Shown here in pieces: positions 51,523 to 63,543 of a DNA stretch of 64,000 bases; the first letter of the stretch is position 1; each line of letters starts with the position of its first letter. The stretch lies in assembly GCF_048403405.1 (NCBI RefSeq), contig NZ_CP183129.1; one strand, given 5' to 3'. A program made the position numbers and the translations under genes. This DNA is from Escherichia coli (lineage in GTDB: Bacteria; Pseudomonadota; Gammaproteobacteria; Enterobacterales; Enterobacteriaceae). The notes under the pieces were generated by a model. That model was not told the origin of the DNA. It ran no database searches and worked only from the letters and a program-made list of their open reading frames with translations.

Positions 51523-52559
51523 TGGATTTATCGCTATTAAAAGCGTTGAGCGAGGCAGACGCGATCGCCTCCTCGGAACAGGAAGTGCGGCAGATCCTGC
51601 TGGAAGAAGCGGATCGCCTGCAAAAAGAAGTGCGATTTGACGGCCTGGGATCGGTGCTGATCCGCCTCAATGAATCGACAGGTCCGAAGGTGATGATCTG
51701 CGCGCATATGGATGAAGTGGGATTTATGGTGCGCAGCGTCTCCCGCGAAGGGGCGATTGATGTGCTGCCAGTTGGCAATGTGCGCATGGCTGCCCGCCAG
51801 CTGCAGTCGGTGCGGATCACTACCCGTGAAGAGTGCAAAATTCCCGGTCTGCTCGATGGCGAGCGGCAGGGGAATGACGTTAGCGCTATGCGCGTGGACA
51901 TTGGCGCGCGCTCGTATGACGAAGTGATGCAGGCAGGAATTCGTCCAGGCGATCGCGTCACGTTTGATACCACTTTTCAGGTTCTCCCTCACCAGCGGGT
52001 GATGGGGAAAGCCTTTGATGATCGCCTCGGTTGCTATCTGCTGGTGACGTTACTGCGCGAACTGCACGACGCCGAACTGCCTGCGGAAGTGTGGCTGGTG
52101 GCAAGTTCCAGCGAAGAGGTGGGATTACGCGGCGGGCAAACCGCCACCCGCGCGGTGTCGCCGGACGTCGCCATTGTGCTTGATACCGCCTGCTGGGCGA
52201 AAAACTTTGATTATGGCGCAGCTAACCATCGCCAGATTGGTAACGGGCCGATGCTGGTGTTAAGCGACAAGTCACTGATTGCGCCGCCAAAACTTACCGT
52301 CTGGATCGAAACCGTGGCGGCAGAAATTGGCGTGCCGTTACAGGCGGATATGTTCAGCAACGGCGGCACGGACGGTGGGGCGGTGCACTTAACCGGTACT
52401 GGCATACCAACAGTGGTGATGGGGCCAGCAACCCGCCACGGACATTGCGCCGCATCGATTGCCGATTGCCGCGACATTTTGCAGATGCAGCAGCTTTTAT
52501 CTGCCCTTATTCAACGTCTTACGCGTGAGACGGTTGTTCAACTGACGGATTTCAGATGA
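51522..52559 (+). CDS. ypdE: YpdE, M42-family aminopeptidase
   Basis: 345-aa ORF. Confidence 0.88.
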
Positions 52560-52583
52560 TCTCCTGATTAACCCGGAGCGGTT

Positions 52584-55079
52584 ATGCTAACGATTCAATT
52601 TCTCTGTCCTCTGCCTAACGGTCTGCATGCTCGTCCGGCGTGGGAACTTAAAGAACAGTGCAGCCAGTGGCAAAGCGAAATCACCTTCATCAACCATCGC
52701 CAGAACGCAAAGGCAGATGCTAAAAGCTCGCTGGCGCTGATTGGCACTGGCACTTTATTTAATGACAGTTGCAGCCTGAACATTAGCGGCAGCGATGAAG
52801 AGCAGGCGCGGCGCGTGCTGGAAGAGTACATCCAGGTGCGCTTTATCGACAGTGACAGCGTCCAGCCGACGCAGGCAGAACTGACGGCGCATCCGCTGCC
52901 GCGTTCATTAAGCCGTCTGAATCCTGATTTACTGTACGGCAATGTGCTGGCAAGCGGCGTCGGCGTGGGTACGCTGACCCTGTTACAGAGCGACAGCCTC
53001 GACAGTTATCGGGCAATCCCGGCCAGTGCGCAAGACTCCACCCGGCTGGAGCACAGCCTGGCAACGCTTGCCGAGCAACTGAACCAGCAACTGCGCGAGC
53101 GTGACGGCGAAAGCAAAACTATCCTCAGCGCCCATTTGTCGCTGATCCAGGATGATGAATTTGCAGGCAATATCCGTCACCTGATGGCAGAACAGCATCA
53201 GGGGCTGGGGGCGGCGATCATCAGCAATATGGAGCAGGTTTGCGCCAAACTATCTGCTTCTGCCAGCGATTATCTGCGCGAGCGGGTCAGCGACATTCGC
53301 GATATCAGCGAACAGTTGCTGCATATCACCTGGCCGGAACTGAAGCCGCGCAATAATCTGGTGCTTGAAAAACCGACCATTCTGGTGGCCGAGGATTTAA
53401 CCCCTAGCCAGTTTTTGAGCCTCGATTTGAAAAATCTCGCAGGCATGATTCTGGAGAAAACCGGGCGCACCTCGCATACCCTGATTCTGGCCCGCGCCTC
53501 GGCGATCCCCGTTCTTAGCGGCCTGCCGCTGGATGCGATCGCGCGCTATGCCGGGCAACCGGCAGTGCTTGACGCCCAGTGCGGCGTGCTGGCGATTAAC
53601 CCGAATGACGCGGTGAGCGGTTATTATCAGGTCGCGCAGACGCTGGCGGATAAACGCCAAAAACAACAGGCGCAGGCCGCCGCGCAGCTGGCCTATTCCC
53701 GTGATAACAAGCGTATTGATATTGCGGCGAATATCGGCACCGCTCTGGAAGCGCCAGGCGCGTTTGCCAACGGCGCGGAAGGTGTCGGGCTGTTCCGTAC
53801 CGAAATGCTCTATATGGATCGCGACAGCGCGCCGGACGAGCAGGAGCAATTTGAAGCCTACCAGCAGGTGCTACTGGCGGCGGGCGACAAGCCGATTATC
53901 TTCCGCACGATGGACATCGGCGGCGATAAAAGCATTCCTTACCTCAACATTCCCCAGGAAGAGAACCCGTTCCTCGGCTATCGTGCGGTACGTATTTACC
54001 CGGAATTTGCTGGCCTGTTCCGCACTCAACTGCGGGCTATTTTGCGTGCCGCCAGTTTCGGCAACGCCCAGCTGATGATCCCGATGGTTCACAGCCTCGA
54101 TCAGATCTTATGGGTGAAGGGTGAGATCCAAAAAGCGATCGTTGAGCTTAAACGCGATGGCCTGCGTCATGCAGAGACGATTACGCTGGGTATCATGGTG
54201 GAAGTGCCGTCGGTGTGCTACATCATCGACCACTTCTGCGATGAGGTCGATTTCTTCAGTATCGGTTCTAACGATATGACCCAGTATCTGTATGCGGTCG
54301 ATCGTAATAACCCGCGCGTATCGCCGCTGTATAACCCGATTACGCCATCGTTCCTGCGCATGTTGCAGCAGATTGTTACCACTGCGCATCAGCGGGGCAA
54401 ATGGGTAGGCATTTGCGGTGAACTGGGCGGCGAAAGCCGTTATCTGCCGCTACTGCTTGGACTGGGCCTGGATGAGCTGAGTATGAGTAGCCCGCGTATT
54501 CCGGCAGTGAAAAGCCAGCTTCGTCAACTGGATAGCGAGGCGTGTCGGGAACTGGCGCGTCAGGCATGTGAATGCCGCAGTGCGCAGGAAATTGAAGCGT
54601 TACTCACCGCCTTTACGCCGGAAGAAGACGTTCGCCCACTGCTGGCGCTGGAGAATATCTTTGTTGATCAGGACTTTAGTAATAAAGAGCAGGCGATCCA
54701 GTTCCTGTGCGGCAACCTTGGTGTTAACGGGCGTACTGAACATCCGTTTGAGCTGGAAGAGGATGTCTGGCAGCGGGAAGAGATTGTCACCACTGGCGTT
54801 GGTTTTTGCGTGGCGATCCCGCACACCAAATCGCAGTGGATCCGTCATTCCAGTATCAGTATTGCCCGGCTGGTGAAACCGGTTGACTGGCAGTCAGAGA
54901 TGGGCGAAGTCGAACTGGTGATCATGCTGACGTTGGGTGCTAACGAAGGGATGAACCATGTGAAAGTCTTCTCGCAGCTGGCGCGCAAACTGGTGAATAA
55001 AAACTTCCGCCAGTCGTTGTTTGCCGCGCAAGATGCGCAAAGCATCCTGACGCTGCTGGAAACGGAATTAACCTTCTGA
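52584..55079 (+). CDS. fryA: FryA, PTS multiphosphoryl transfer protein (HPr-EI-EIIA fusion)
   Basis: 831-aa ORF; EI-like core similar to PtsI. Confidence 0.9.
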   Translation: MLTIQFLCPLPNGLHARPAWELKEQCSQWQSEITFINHRQNAKADAKSSLALIGTGTLFNDSCSLNISGSDEEQARRVLEEYIQVRFIDSDSVQPTQAELTAHPLPRSLSRLNPDLLYGNVLASGVGVGTLTLLQSDSLDSYRAIPASAQDSTRLEHSLATLAEQLNQQLRERDGESKTILSAHLSLIQDDEFAGNIRHLMAEQHQGLGAAIISNMEQVCAKLSASASDYLRERVSDIRDISEQLLHITWPELKPRNNLVLEKPTILVAEDLTPSQFLSLDLKNLAGMILEKTGRTSHTLILARASAIPVLSGLPLDAIARYAGQPAVLDAQCGVLAINPNDAVSGYYQVAQTLADKRQKQQAQAAAQLAYSRDNKRIDIAANIGTALEAPGAFANGAEGVGLFRTEMLYMDRDSAPDEQEQFEAYQQVLLAAGDKPIIFRTMDIGGDKSIPYLNIPQEENPFLGYRAVRIYPEFAGLFRTQLRAILRAASFGNAQLMIPMVHSLDQILWVKGEIQKAIVELKRDGLRHAETITLGIMVEVPSVCYIIDHFCDEVDFFSIGSNDMTQYLYAVDRNNPRVSPLYNPITPSFLRMLQQIVTTAHQRGKWVGICGELGGESRYLPLLLGLGLDELSMSSPRIPAVKSQLRQLDSEACRELARQACECRSAQEIEALLTAFTPEEDVRPLLALENIFVDQDFSNKEQAIQFLCGNLGVNGRTEHPFELEEDVWQREEIVTTGVGFCVAIPHTKSQWIRHSSISIARLVKPVDWQSEMGEVELVIMLTLGANEGMNHVKVFSQLARKLVNKNFRQSLFAAQDAQSILTLLETELTF

Positions 55080-55081
55080 CG

Positions 55082-55939
55082 TTAGCCCTGAAAACGGGCG
55101 CTGTACTCTCCCGGCGTCAGACCAAACTGACGCCGGAAAACGCGACAAAAATAGTCGCTATCCGGAAAACCGCAACGCTGCGCCACTTCATGAATCGACA
55201 GATGATATTTCTGCAAAATCATCCTCGCCTTCGCCATTCGCACCCAGCGAACATACTCGATAAAACGCATCGTCCCATGTTGGGCAAACAGTTTTGACAG
55301 ATGATTGGGCGTGATATTAAAAAACTGCGCCACGCTCTCGCGGGTGAGCGGCTGGGCATAATTATCCTGAACCCAGTTACAAATGCTGTGATAGAGAAAA
55401 TCGCTGCGCGGCTGCGAATTGCCCGGTGGCATATTCACCACGTTGCGGCAAAGATGCAGCAAACTTAACACCAGTGGCTGAATGATATTCTGCTCCAGCG
55501 GTGACCGGCTAAGATGGGTGAGGGCGGTAAGCATCGCTTCACCTTCACCGCGTTGCAGGCTGGGAAGCTGGATCTGGCGAGCAGGATGCAACAACGACGT
55601 GGTACGGCTATCGTAAAACGATAACCCAAGCCAGGTCGGTGCGAACACCAGGCTTAACAGCATCACCGGTTTGTTGTTGACCGGTAAATTAGCCGCGCGT
55701 GCCGGAATAAACAGCATTTCTCCTTCCACCATACGTTGCTGCTTTGCTTCCAGCAGATTGCCGTATTCGCCGCGTAGCACGATATCCAGACGGGGAAAAT
55801 CAATACATAAACTGCCCACTGGCAATGAGGCAGGCTGGCTGGCAAACCAGACGCGCCCCAGTAGTTGCGGGTTAAGCACCAGGCCGCTGAACAGATCGGC
55901 GAAAAATTGTTGATCGGCGGGCAAGCCTGGTGCTTTCAT
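55082..55939 (-). CDS. ypdC: YpdC, AraC-family regulator
   Basis: 285-aa ORF with C-terminal AraC HTH. Confidence 0.85.
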   Translation of the reverse strand: MKAPGLPADQQFFADLFSGLVLNPQLLGRVWFASQPASLPVGSLCIDFPRLDIVLRGEYGNLLEAKQQRMVEGEMLFIPARAANLPVNNKPVMLLSLVFAPTWLGLSFYDSRTTSLLHPARQIQLPSLQRGEGEAMLTALTHLSRSPLEQNIIQPLVLSLLHLCRNVVNMPPGNSQPRSDFLYHSICNWVQDNYAQPLTRESVAQFFNITPNHLSKLFAQHGTMRFIEYVRWVRMAKARMILQKYHLSIHEVAQRCGFPDSDYFCRVFRRQFGLTPGEYSARFQG

Positions 55940-55951
55940 GAAAGTTCCCGA

Positions 55952-56686
55952 TTAAAGATGCATTAACTGGCGGAATTCTTTAACTTTGCTGCGGCTGACC
56001 GGCACTTCAAAATCCAGATCTTTCAGCCGCAGAATATAGGTGTTATTAAACCACGGTTCGATCTCGCGGATTTTGTTCAGATTGACACAAAATGAGCGAT
56101 GGCAGCGGAAAAAATGCGACGGCGGCAGTTTGCTGCAAAATTCGGTAATGTTCATCGGCATTACGTAGGATTCACGCCGCGTATAGACAAAGGTCATTTT
56201 CTCGTGCGCTTCGGCGTAATAGATATCGTTAATTGGCGTGACGATGATTCGCTCATCTTTCACCAGATTAATGGTGTCATTCTCACGCGTTACCGTCGCG
56301 GCAGGCGTACTGCTGGTCTGCTGTTGCTGCCAGGCTGCTTCCAGTTTTTGCAGCATCCCGGTAATGCGTGACTCCTGATACGGTTTGAGAATGTAGTCAA
56401 ACGCCTCCAGTTCAAACGCTTCTACCGCATGTTCTTTCCACGCGGTGATAAACACAATAAACGGTTTATGGGCGAACTGGCTGATGTTTTGCGCCAGCAA
56501 CACACCGTCCAGCGACGGAATATTGATATCCAGAAAAATGGCGTCGACGCGGTTATGCTGCAAAAACTTCAACACGTCCAGACCGTCGTCAAAGGTGCCG
56601 ACAATCTCCATCTGGCTGTGCTCTTTAATTAGCCAGCTCAGTTCCTGTTGTGCCAGGAATTCGTCTTCAACAATGATGACTTTCAC
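55952..56686 (-). CDS. ypdB: YpdB, LytTR-family response regulator
   Basis: ORF 55952..56704; probable GTG start at VKVIIVEDEF; REC plus LytTR domains. Confidence 0.85.
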   Translation of the reverse strand: MKVIIVEDEFLAQQELSWLIKEHSQMEIVGTFDDGLDVLKFLQHNRVDAIFLDINIPSLDGVLLAQNISQFAHKPFIVFITAWKEHAVEAFELEAFDYILKPYQESRITGMLQKLEAAWQQQQTSSTPAATVTRENDTINLVKDERIIVTPINDIYYAEAHEKMTFVYTRRESYVMPMNITEFCSKLPPSHFFRCHRSFCVNLNKIREIEPWFNNTYILRLKDLDFEVPVSRSKVKEFRQLMHL

Positions 56687-56700
56687 AATATCACTCCGGC

Positions 56701-58398
56701 TCAAAGCAATAACGTAGCCTGTGAGGCGACTGGGGTGCGTTGGTTAGGAATGTAAAACGCAATTTCCGTTCCTGGTTTCAGGCGGCGGATATGCAGCCCC
56801 TCGCCATACAATAACTTCACGCGATGATGGACATTCAGCAGGCCAATTTTATTGCCCGGCATTTCGTTCGCTTCGACCCGCTCAATGACTTTTGGATCGA
56901 TGCCGTGCCCGGTATCCCGCACCGCAATGCGTACCCGATTACCGCACTCTGCAACGCTGATGGTGACAACGCCTTTACCTTTGCAAGGCTGAATACCGTG
57001 GACAATGGCGTTCTCCACCAACGGCTGGATCAGCAGGCTGGGAATGCAGCAATTCACCTCTTCATCAATATCATAGATAACCGTCAGCTTGTCGCCAAAG
57101 CGGGCCTGCTCAATGGCAATATAGTCTTTAATTTGATACAGCTCTTTTTTGATATCGATTTGCTCATCGTCTTTTAATTCAATGTTATAGCGCAGATAAC
57201 GCGACAGATTAAAGATCAGCTGGCGAGCGGTATCTGGATTCAGACGGATTGACGATGAAATAGCGTTCAGAGCGTTAAACAGAAAATGGGGATTAATTTT
57301 GCTTTGCAGAGCGCGAAGCTCTGCCTTATTTGCCATTTCACGTAACTGCTCGGCGCGTGAAACCTCCAGTTGCGTGGAGATGATTTGCGACAGACCAACC
57401 GCCATTTCCTGTAATGACGAGGTTATCTGATGCGCGTGGCAGTAGTAAATTTTCAGCGTTCCGGTCACAACGCCTTTCTCCCACAATGGGATCACCAGCA
57501 TGGAATGAATCTCTGGTGTGCGGTGGGCTTCATCATTGTTTTTAATGATGATTTTTCCGTAATTCATCGCCTGACGGGTAGTCGGGCTAATGAAGTCATC
57601 GCCATTCTGATAGTTATGTTCACCCACGCCAACATAGGCCAGCACATGATCGGTATTAGTAATCGCCACTGCATCGGCGTGAATGTCATCGCGGATAATT
57701 TCGCAGACCTTGCGTAATGACTCGCTATTGACATGGCGAAACAGCGGCAGCGTTTTGTTGGCGATATCCAGCGCCAGCTTGGCCTGCCGCGCGGCGCTGG
57801 CCTCTTTTTCGCCCTCAACGCTTTGCACCAGCAGCACAATAAAGCCGATACAGACGCTACCGAGGATCATTGGAATCCCGATTTTAGAGACGATATCGAT
57901 CCCCAATGCGGTAGTTGGTGCCCAGACAATCACCAGAATCATGGTCAACGTTTCACACAACATGCCGCCGAGAATACCGACGCGCCAGCGCTGTGCTTTA
58001 GGGATTTTCAGGTTGATCCAGCCCGATATACAACCCGCCAGAATGCTGGTGATAAAGCAGGGGATCGCCGTCACGCCGCCGATATCAATTAAATACCGGT
58101 GAATACCCGCAATCACGCCGGTAATAATGCCTACCCACGGGCCAAACAGAATTCCGCCTGACATCACCGCGATAATACGTACGTTCACCAGCGAGCCTTC
58201 TACGGGAACGCCGGACCAGGTGCTGAACAGGGCGAACAGCGAGAAAATGGCGGTAACGGCGAGCAGCTCTTTCGGTGAGTGTGCCGACTTGTGCAACAGT
58301 TCGCGAAACAGGCGGATACGGATGAGAAAGAACAGGCAGATAAGCATTAACGCTGCCCGATCGAAGACCGCCAGCAGCATGTTGAATATTTCGTGCAC
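56701..58398 (-). CDS. ypdA: YpdA, LytS-type sensor histidine kinase
   Basis: 565-aa ORF with 5TM receptor, GAF and HisKA/HATPase regions. Confidence 0.88.
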   Translation of the reverse strand: MHEIFNMLLAVFDRAALMLICLFFLIRIRLFRELLHKSAHSPKELLAVTAIFSLFALFSTWSGVPVEGSLVNVRIIAVMSGGILFGPWVGIITGVIAGIHRYLIDIGGVTAIPCFITSILAGCISGWINLKIPKAQRWRVGILGGMLCETLTMILVIVWAPTTALGIDIVSKIGIPMILGSVCIGFIVLLVQSVEGEKEASAARQAKLALDIANKTLPLFRHVNSESLRKVCEIIRDDIHADAVAITNTDHVLAYVGVGEHNYQNGDDFISPTTRQAMNYGKIIIKNNDEAHRTPEIHSMLVIPLWEKGVVTGTLKIYYCHAHQITSSLQEMAVGLSQIISTQLEVSRAEQLREMANKAELRALQSKINPHFLFNALNAISSSIRLNPDTARQLIFNLSRYLRYNIELKDDEQIDIKKELYQIKDYIAIEQARFGDKLTVIYDIDEEVNCCIPSLLIQPLVENAIVHGIQPCKGKGVVTISVAECGNRVRIAVRDTGHGIDPKVIERVEANEMPGNKIGLLNVHHRVKLLYGEGLHIRRLKPGTEIAFYIPNQRTPVASQATLLL

Positions 58399-58774
58399 GG
58401 GTGACTCTGAATAAGGATTAAACCTCTATGATAGGTAACCTGAAGGCTGATGACCAGCAGGCCGTTTTTGAGGAAAAACCACAATTTTAAAAGGGGATTG
58501 AAAGATAAATGGTGTATTAGCAATGCATCTCTTGATAATGCACATCTGCTTGGTAAATTTATTGAAATTATAATGTTAATAAAATGAGTGGTAATTTTCT
58601 TGTTAGCGCAGATAAATTTCCTGTTTTTGAAGTGGAGTTCCTCATTTAAAGCCATTGATAAAAATGTTCTAAAACGCTGGACAGACAGAAATTAATCAGG
58701 CTATTTTCAAAACAGCCACCATCGTGGCAGCGTCGCTCGGACGGTCCGGGCGCTAACGTTAATCTGAGGAAATT

Positions 58775-60013
58775 ATGGCTGACACTCGCCATGAACGTCG
58801 CTTTACGCGCATTGATCGTCTCCCGCCCTACGTTTTTAATATTACCGCTGAACTGAAAATGGCTGCGCGTCGGCGCGGCGAAGATATTATCGATTTCAGT
58901 ATGGGTAACCCGGACGGTGCGACTCCGCCGCACATCGTCGAAAAATTATGTACTGTGGCCCAGCGCCCGGACACGCATGGTTACTCCACGTCACGCGGCA
59001 TTCCGCGGCTACGTCGCGCCATTTCCCGCTGGTATCAGGATCGCTACGACGTTGAAATCGACCCGGAATCAGAAGCCATCGTCACTATTGGTTCGAAAGA
59101 GGGACTGGCGCATCTGATGCTGGCGACGCTGGATCATGGTGACACGGTGCTGGTGCCGAATCCAAGCTACCCCATTCATATTTATGGCGCGGTGATTGCC
59201 GGGGCGCAGGTACGCTCAGTGCCGCTGGTGGAAGGTGTCGATTTCTTCAACGAACTGGAACGCGCCATTCGCGAAAGTTATCCGAAACCGAAGATGATGA
59301 TCCTCGGCTTCCCGTCGAATCCAACTGCGCAATGCGTGGAGCTGGAGTTCTTCGAAAAAGTAGTGGCGCTGGCGAAACGCTACGATGTGCTGGTGGTCCA
59401 TGACCTGGCCTATGCGGACATCGTCTACGATGGCTGGAAAGCGCCGTCAATCATGCAGGTGCCAGGTGCACGCGATGTGGCGGTCGAGTTCTTTACGCTG
59501 TCGAAAAGCTACAACATGGCGGGCTGGCGTATCGGCTTTATGGTTGGCAACAAAACGCTGGTCAGCGCCCTGGCACGTATTAAAAGCTATCACGATTACG
59601 GCACCTTTACGCCGTTGCAGGTGGCAGCGATTGCGGCGCTGGAGGGAGATCAACAGTGCGTGCGCGACATTGCTGAACAGTACAAACGCCGCCGTGATGT
59701 ACTGGTAAAAGGGCTGCATGAAGCGGGCTGGATGGTCGAAATGCCGAAGGCTTCGATGTATGTCTGGGCGAAAATCCCGGAACCGTATGCTGCCATGGGC
59801 TCGCTGGAATTTGCTAAGAAGCTGCTGAACGAAGCGAAGGTCTGTGTCTCTCCGGGGATTGGCTTTGGCGACTACGGCGACACGCATGTTCGCTTTGCAC
59901 TGATTGAAAACCGCGACCGTATTCGTCAGGCGATTCGTGGGATTAAAGCGATGTTCCGCGCCGATGGTTTACTACCCGCCAGCAGCAAACATATTCACGA
60001 AAACGCGGAATAA
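58775..60013 (+). CDS. alaC: AlaC, glutamate-pyruvate aminotransferase
   Basis: 412-aa class I/II aminotransferase ORF ([10 protein letters not shown]). Confidence 0.9.
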   Translation: MADTRHERRFTRIDRLPPYVFNITAELKMAARRRGEDIIDFSMGNPDGATPPHIVEKLCTVAQRPDTHGYSTSRGIPRLRRAISRWYQDRYDVEIDPESEAIVTIGSKEGLAHLMLATLDHGDTVLVPNPSYPIHIYGAVIAGAQVRSVPLVEGVDFFNELERAIRESYPKPKMMILGFPSNPTAQCVELEFFEKVVALAKRYDVLVVHDLAYADIVYDGWKAPSIMQVPGARDVAVEFFTLSKSYNMAGWRIGFMVGNKTLVSALARIKSYHDYGTFTPLQVAAIAALEGDQQCVRDIAEQYKRRRDVLVKGLHEAGWMVEMPKASMYVWAKIPEPYAAMGSLEFAKKLLNEAKVCVSPGIGFGDYGDTHVRFALIENRDRIRQAIRGIKAMFRADGLLPASSKHIHENAE

Positions 60014-60032
60014 ACACCGACCTCAAAAATGC

Positions 60033-60061
60033 AAACAGGAGCCTGATGGCTCCTGTTTTTC
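60033..60061 (+). terminator. Rho-independent terminator after alaC
   Basis: aaacaggagcc tgat ggctcctgttt followed by tt. Confidence 0.7.
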
Positions 60062-60077
60062 ATTGCACAGTTTGCTT

Positions 60078-60149
60078 TTAGATCATCAGGGCAAAAGTAC
60101 CGGCCCAAACGATGACCATAAAAGAAATGCCCATAAAGAAATATTTCAC
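60078..60149 (-). CDS. ypdK: YpdK, 23-aa small membrane protein (GTG start; VKYFFMGISFMVIVWAGTFALMI)
   Basis: Short hydrophobic ORF read manually on the minus strand; assignment from memory of the K-12 small-protein annotation. Confidence 0.35.
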   Translation of the reverse strand: MKYFFMGISFMVIVWAGTFALMI

Positions 60150-60504
60150 TTTACATCTCTCCGCGTAATTACTGTTACGCCTGAATGACTTCATTACACC
60201 TGATACAGTGAGTTGACACCGGGCAAAACGACCTTAAAAGTCCTGTATTTTACCGTGGGCATCACCCCAGAATTCTGAGCTAAACTGCTCCAGACGGCGC
60301 TAATGTACGCCTAAAACTGAAACGAGACAAGAGGCATTTTCTTATTTACTTTTAGTAACTTACAGGTGTCTCATATCGGCGACAGTTTAATTTCTGACGG
60401 TAATAATTAGAGATTCAGCGAAGGAAAAAACCTTAAGAAAAAAGCCATAAAAACCATGAGGTTATTATGGCTGATTTGAGGAGGGAAAGAGTTAGAGCAG
60501 TTTG

Positions 60505-61425
60505 TTAAATGTATAGCGACGATTCTCCCACCGGGCGCGTTTTAAAGCGACGGTGGATCCAGAGGTACTGCTCCGGTGCGCGCATGATCTCTTTTTCGAT
60601 AATCTTGTTCATATAGGCAGCGGCTTGATTTTCATCTGCCGGGTAGCCTTCCATCTCTGGGGTAATGTACAAACGATATCCGCTGTAATCCGCTTTTCTT
60701 ACCATCGTTACGGTTAACATGGCTGCGCCAGAGAGACGTGAAAGGACATACGTACCATTGGTTGTGGCGACATTTTCCACCGCAAAGAACGGCGCGAAGG
60801 AGCTGCCTTTACGACCATAATCCTGATCGGGAGCAAACCATACCGCTTCACCTTTCTTCAGTGCACCGACAATGCCGCGCAGATTATTTCTGCCGATCAT
60901 CGCTTTGTTAGAGCGCATGCGCCCACGGGTCTGCACCCATTCCATCAGCTGATTATTATGTGGACGATAGGTAGCCATCATTGGTTGGCACAGTCCCATC
61001 ACGCGGCCGCCCAGCTCCAGCGACATAAAATGGACGCCGACAACCATTACGCCGCGATTTTGCATTTGTGCGCGTTTAAGGTTATCCAACCCTTCAACAT
61101 CAAACCATTTACGTACGCGACTGTCGGGCCAGAACCACGCCATGCCGGTTTCTACCAGCGCCATGCCGAGTGAACGAAAGTTTTCGGCAATCATCTTCTC
61201 GCGTTCTTCCGCAGAATGCTGTGGGAAACAAAGTTCCAGGTTTTTACGGGCGATAGATTCACGCCGTTTCAGGAATGGTCGCGCCATTGCGCCAATACGC
61301 GTGCCGAGAAAGCAGAGAACAGGATAAGGAAGCTGTACCCAAAGCCAGAGTACACCAAGCCCAAACCATGTGAGCCAGTAGCGAGGATGTAGAAACTCGC
61401 GGGAAAATTTGCATTGTGGAAACAT
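60505..61425 (-). CDS. lpxP: LpxP, lipid A palmitoleoyl-ACP acyltransferase
   Basis: ORF 60505..61491; start placed at MFPQCKFSREFLHPRYW giving 306 aa. Confidence 0.88.
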   Translation of the reverse strand: MFPQCKFSREFLHPRYWLTWFGLGVLWLWVQLPYPVLCFLGTRIGAMARPFLKRRESIARKNLELCFPQHSAEEREKMIAENFRSLGMALVETGMAWFWPDSRVRKWFDVEGLDNLKRAQMQNRGVMVVGVHFMSLELGGRVMGLCQPMMATYRPHNNQLMEWVQTRGRMRSNKAMIGRNNLRGIVGALKKGEAVWFAPDQDYGRKGSSFAPFFAVENVATTNGTYVLSRLSGAAMLTVTMVRKADYSGYRLYITPEMEGYPADENQAAAYMNKIIEKEIMRAPEQYLWIHRRFKTRPVGESSLYI

Positions 61426-61777
61426 AGTTACCTTCTGTAGATACGAATTGTTGTATCGCAGAAGATTCCATGTCGACAGCGGTACACTCAATTGGTTGGG
61501 CCATCATGTACGACAATGGTTCCTGTAAAGAGTGTAAAGACTAGTCAGGACATAACCACGAGGAGCATGAATGCGGTGGCTCTACTTTATCACTGGCTGA
61601 CTGCTTTCAGCTACTGATTATTAATCGTGCAAAGTAAAAAATTTTCCGCACGCAATAGCGTTGCATTTAACGTGCTGTTTTCATTGATGCTTAGCAAAAA
61701 TTGCCAGAGGTTAAGGATTGTCTTACTATTAAAGTGACTGAAGTTACAGGTTTTTTAGCGCGGCAGGAGGTTGAGCT

Positions 61778-62020
61778 ATGATTTATTTATGGATGTTTCT
61801 CGCCCTGTGTATTGTCTGCGTAAGCGGATACATTGGTCAGGTCCTGAACGTGGTATCGGCGGTCTCTTCTTTCTTCGGCATGGTGATCCTCGCTGCACTC
61901 ATTTATTACTTCACCATGTGGTTAACTGGCGGTAATGAACTGGTGACGGGGATATTTATGTTTCTTGCCCCGGCTTGTGGCTTGATGATTCGCTTTATGG
62001 TGGGGTATGGCAGGCGGTAG
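61778..62020 (+). CDS. yfdY: YfdY, small inner membrane protein
   Basis: 80-aa hydrophobic ORF. Confidence 0.75.
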   Translation: MIYLWMFLALCIVCVSGYIGQVLNVVSAVSSFFGMVILAALIYYFTMWLTGGNELVTGIFMFLAPACGLMIRFMVGYGRR

Positions 62021-62096
62021 TAGTTCAGGATGGATCATTTGGGCAGGTGTTCACATCAGCATCAGACATGATTGTTCACCTGCCGTGTGACAGACG

Positions 62097-62372
62097 CTAT
62101 CGCACAGGATGGATAAGATAATTCGCCTTTGTCGGAAAAGGGGGCGGAATTTCTTCTGTGAGGTTTAATGGTGGCGCATCTTCTCTCATCTTAAACAAAA
62201 TCGCCTGTGATGGCTGAAGTTTTGTAGAATGAGTTGTCGTCATCATTGACGTTTTTTCTGTCTCTTTATAGCTCGTCTCACTTCCACCACCAGAAATGGA
62301 AAATGCAAAAACATTGCATGCCATAATAGAGACCAATAAAAATAAGCTAAAAAGCATTAAGTTTACTTTCAT
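62097..62372 (-). CDS. ypdI: YpdI, small lipoprotein
   Basis: 91-aa ORF with signal peptide and lipobox-like MACN. Confidence 0.75.
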   Translation of the reverse strand: MKVNLMLFSLFLLVSIMACNVFAFSISGGGSETSYKETEKTSMMTTTHSTKLQPSQAILFKMREDAPPLNLTEEIPPPFPTKANYLIHPVR

Positions 62373-62513
62373 AGAAAGTTATCCTGAAAATGGTTCACTG
62401 AGAACCTACGATGTTATGGCTGTATTTACATTTAATTAATCAGTATTTACATCGATATAATAAATGACATCTCTTTGTGGTATATAAGAATAGTTCTCTG
62501 TGACAGGAAGCAT

Positions 62514-62531
62514 ATTCCTACAATTGTAAGA
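62514..62531. promoter_or_regulatory. EvgA-box-like inverted repeat upstream of yfdX (ttcctaca at tgtaagac)
   Basis: Resembles the 18-bp EvgA consensus TTCYTACA-N2-TGTARGAA; a second weaker copy at about 62554-62569. Confidence 0.45.
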
Positions 62532-62667
62532 CTAAAATACTTCTTGCGATAATAACTACAACTGTAAGATAACCCTTTCAAAATGAGCGTTGCTCTCTGA
62601 TTTCTCATTTCATGCTCACCCAATATGATGGCGGCGTTTTCTAAAACTGTTAAAGAATGAGGTAAGT

Positions 62668-63300
62668 ATGAAACGTTTAATTATGGCTACGATGGTCACA
62701 GCAGTTCTGGCATCTTCAACTGTATGGGCTGCTGATAATGCACCGGTAGCGGCACAACAGCAAACTCAGCAAGTTAAGCAAACCCAGAAAACGGCAGCAG
62801 CAGAGCGTATCTCTGAACAAGGTTTATATGCGATGCGTGACGTGCAGGTAGCGCGCCTGGCTCTGTTTCATGGCGATCCGGAAAAGGCAAAAGAACTGAC
62901 CAATGAAGCTTCAGCTTTGTTGTCAGATGACAGTACCGAATGGGCAAAGTTCGCTAAGCCAGGTAAAAAAACCAATGTCAATGATGACCAATATATTGTC
63001 ATTAATGCATCTGTCGGAATTTCTGAGAGTTATGTAGCGACACCCGAAAAAGAAGCCGCGATAAAAATTGCCAACGAAAAAATGGCGAAAGGGGATAAAA
63101 AGGGCGCAATGGAAGAGCTGCGCCTGGCCGGTGTTGGCGTAATGGAAAACCAATATCTGATGCCGCTCAAACAGACTCGTAATGCACTTGCTGATGCGCA
63201 GAAACTGCTTGATAAAAAGCAATACTACGAGGCAAACCTGGCGCTTAAAGGTGCGGAAGATGGAATCATCGTCGATAGCGAAGCACTGTTTGTGAACTAA
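62668..63300 (+). CDS. yfdX: YfdX, periplasmic protein
   Basis: 210-aa ORF with signal peptide. Confidence 0.85.
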   Translation: MKRLIMATMVTAVLASSTVWAADNAPVAAQQQTQQVKQTQKTAAAERISEQGLYAMRDVQVARLALFHGDPEKAKELTNEASALLSDDSTEWAKFAKPGKKTNVNDDQYIVINASVGISESYVATPEKEAAIKIANEKMAKGDKKGAMEELRLAGVGVMENQYLMPLKQTRNALADAQKLLDKKQYYEANLALKGAEDGIIVDSEALFVN

Positions 63301-63543
63301 CGCTGACAGGCAGTATATTGAGGTAAAGGATTTAACTCCCTCCAGCCGACAATTTTTTATGACCACAATACGACAGGTTGTGGTCATAAAATTATTTGGC
63401 GCTCGCGGTTCTATAAACTCGCATTTTATCTTCTTCAAAGTAAACCGCAATAATCCCGTGTCATCACAAATCATTTATTATGTTATGTTTTATGGTACGC
63501 TTTAAAAGGCGTAATCATACCCTTACTTGTAAATCACCGGCGC

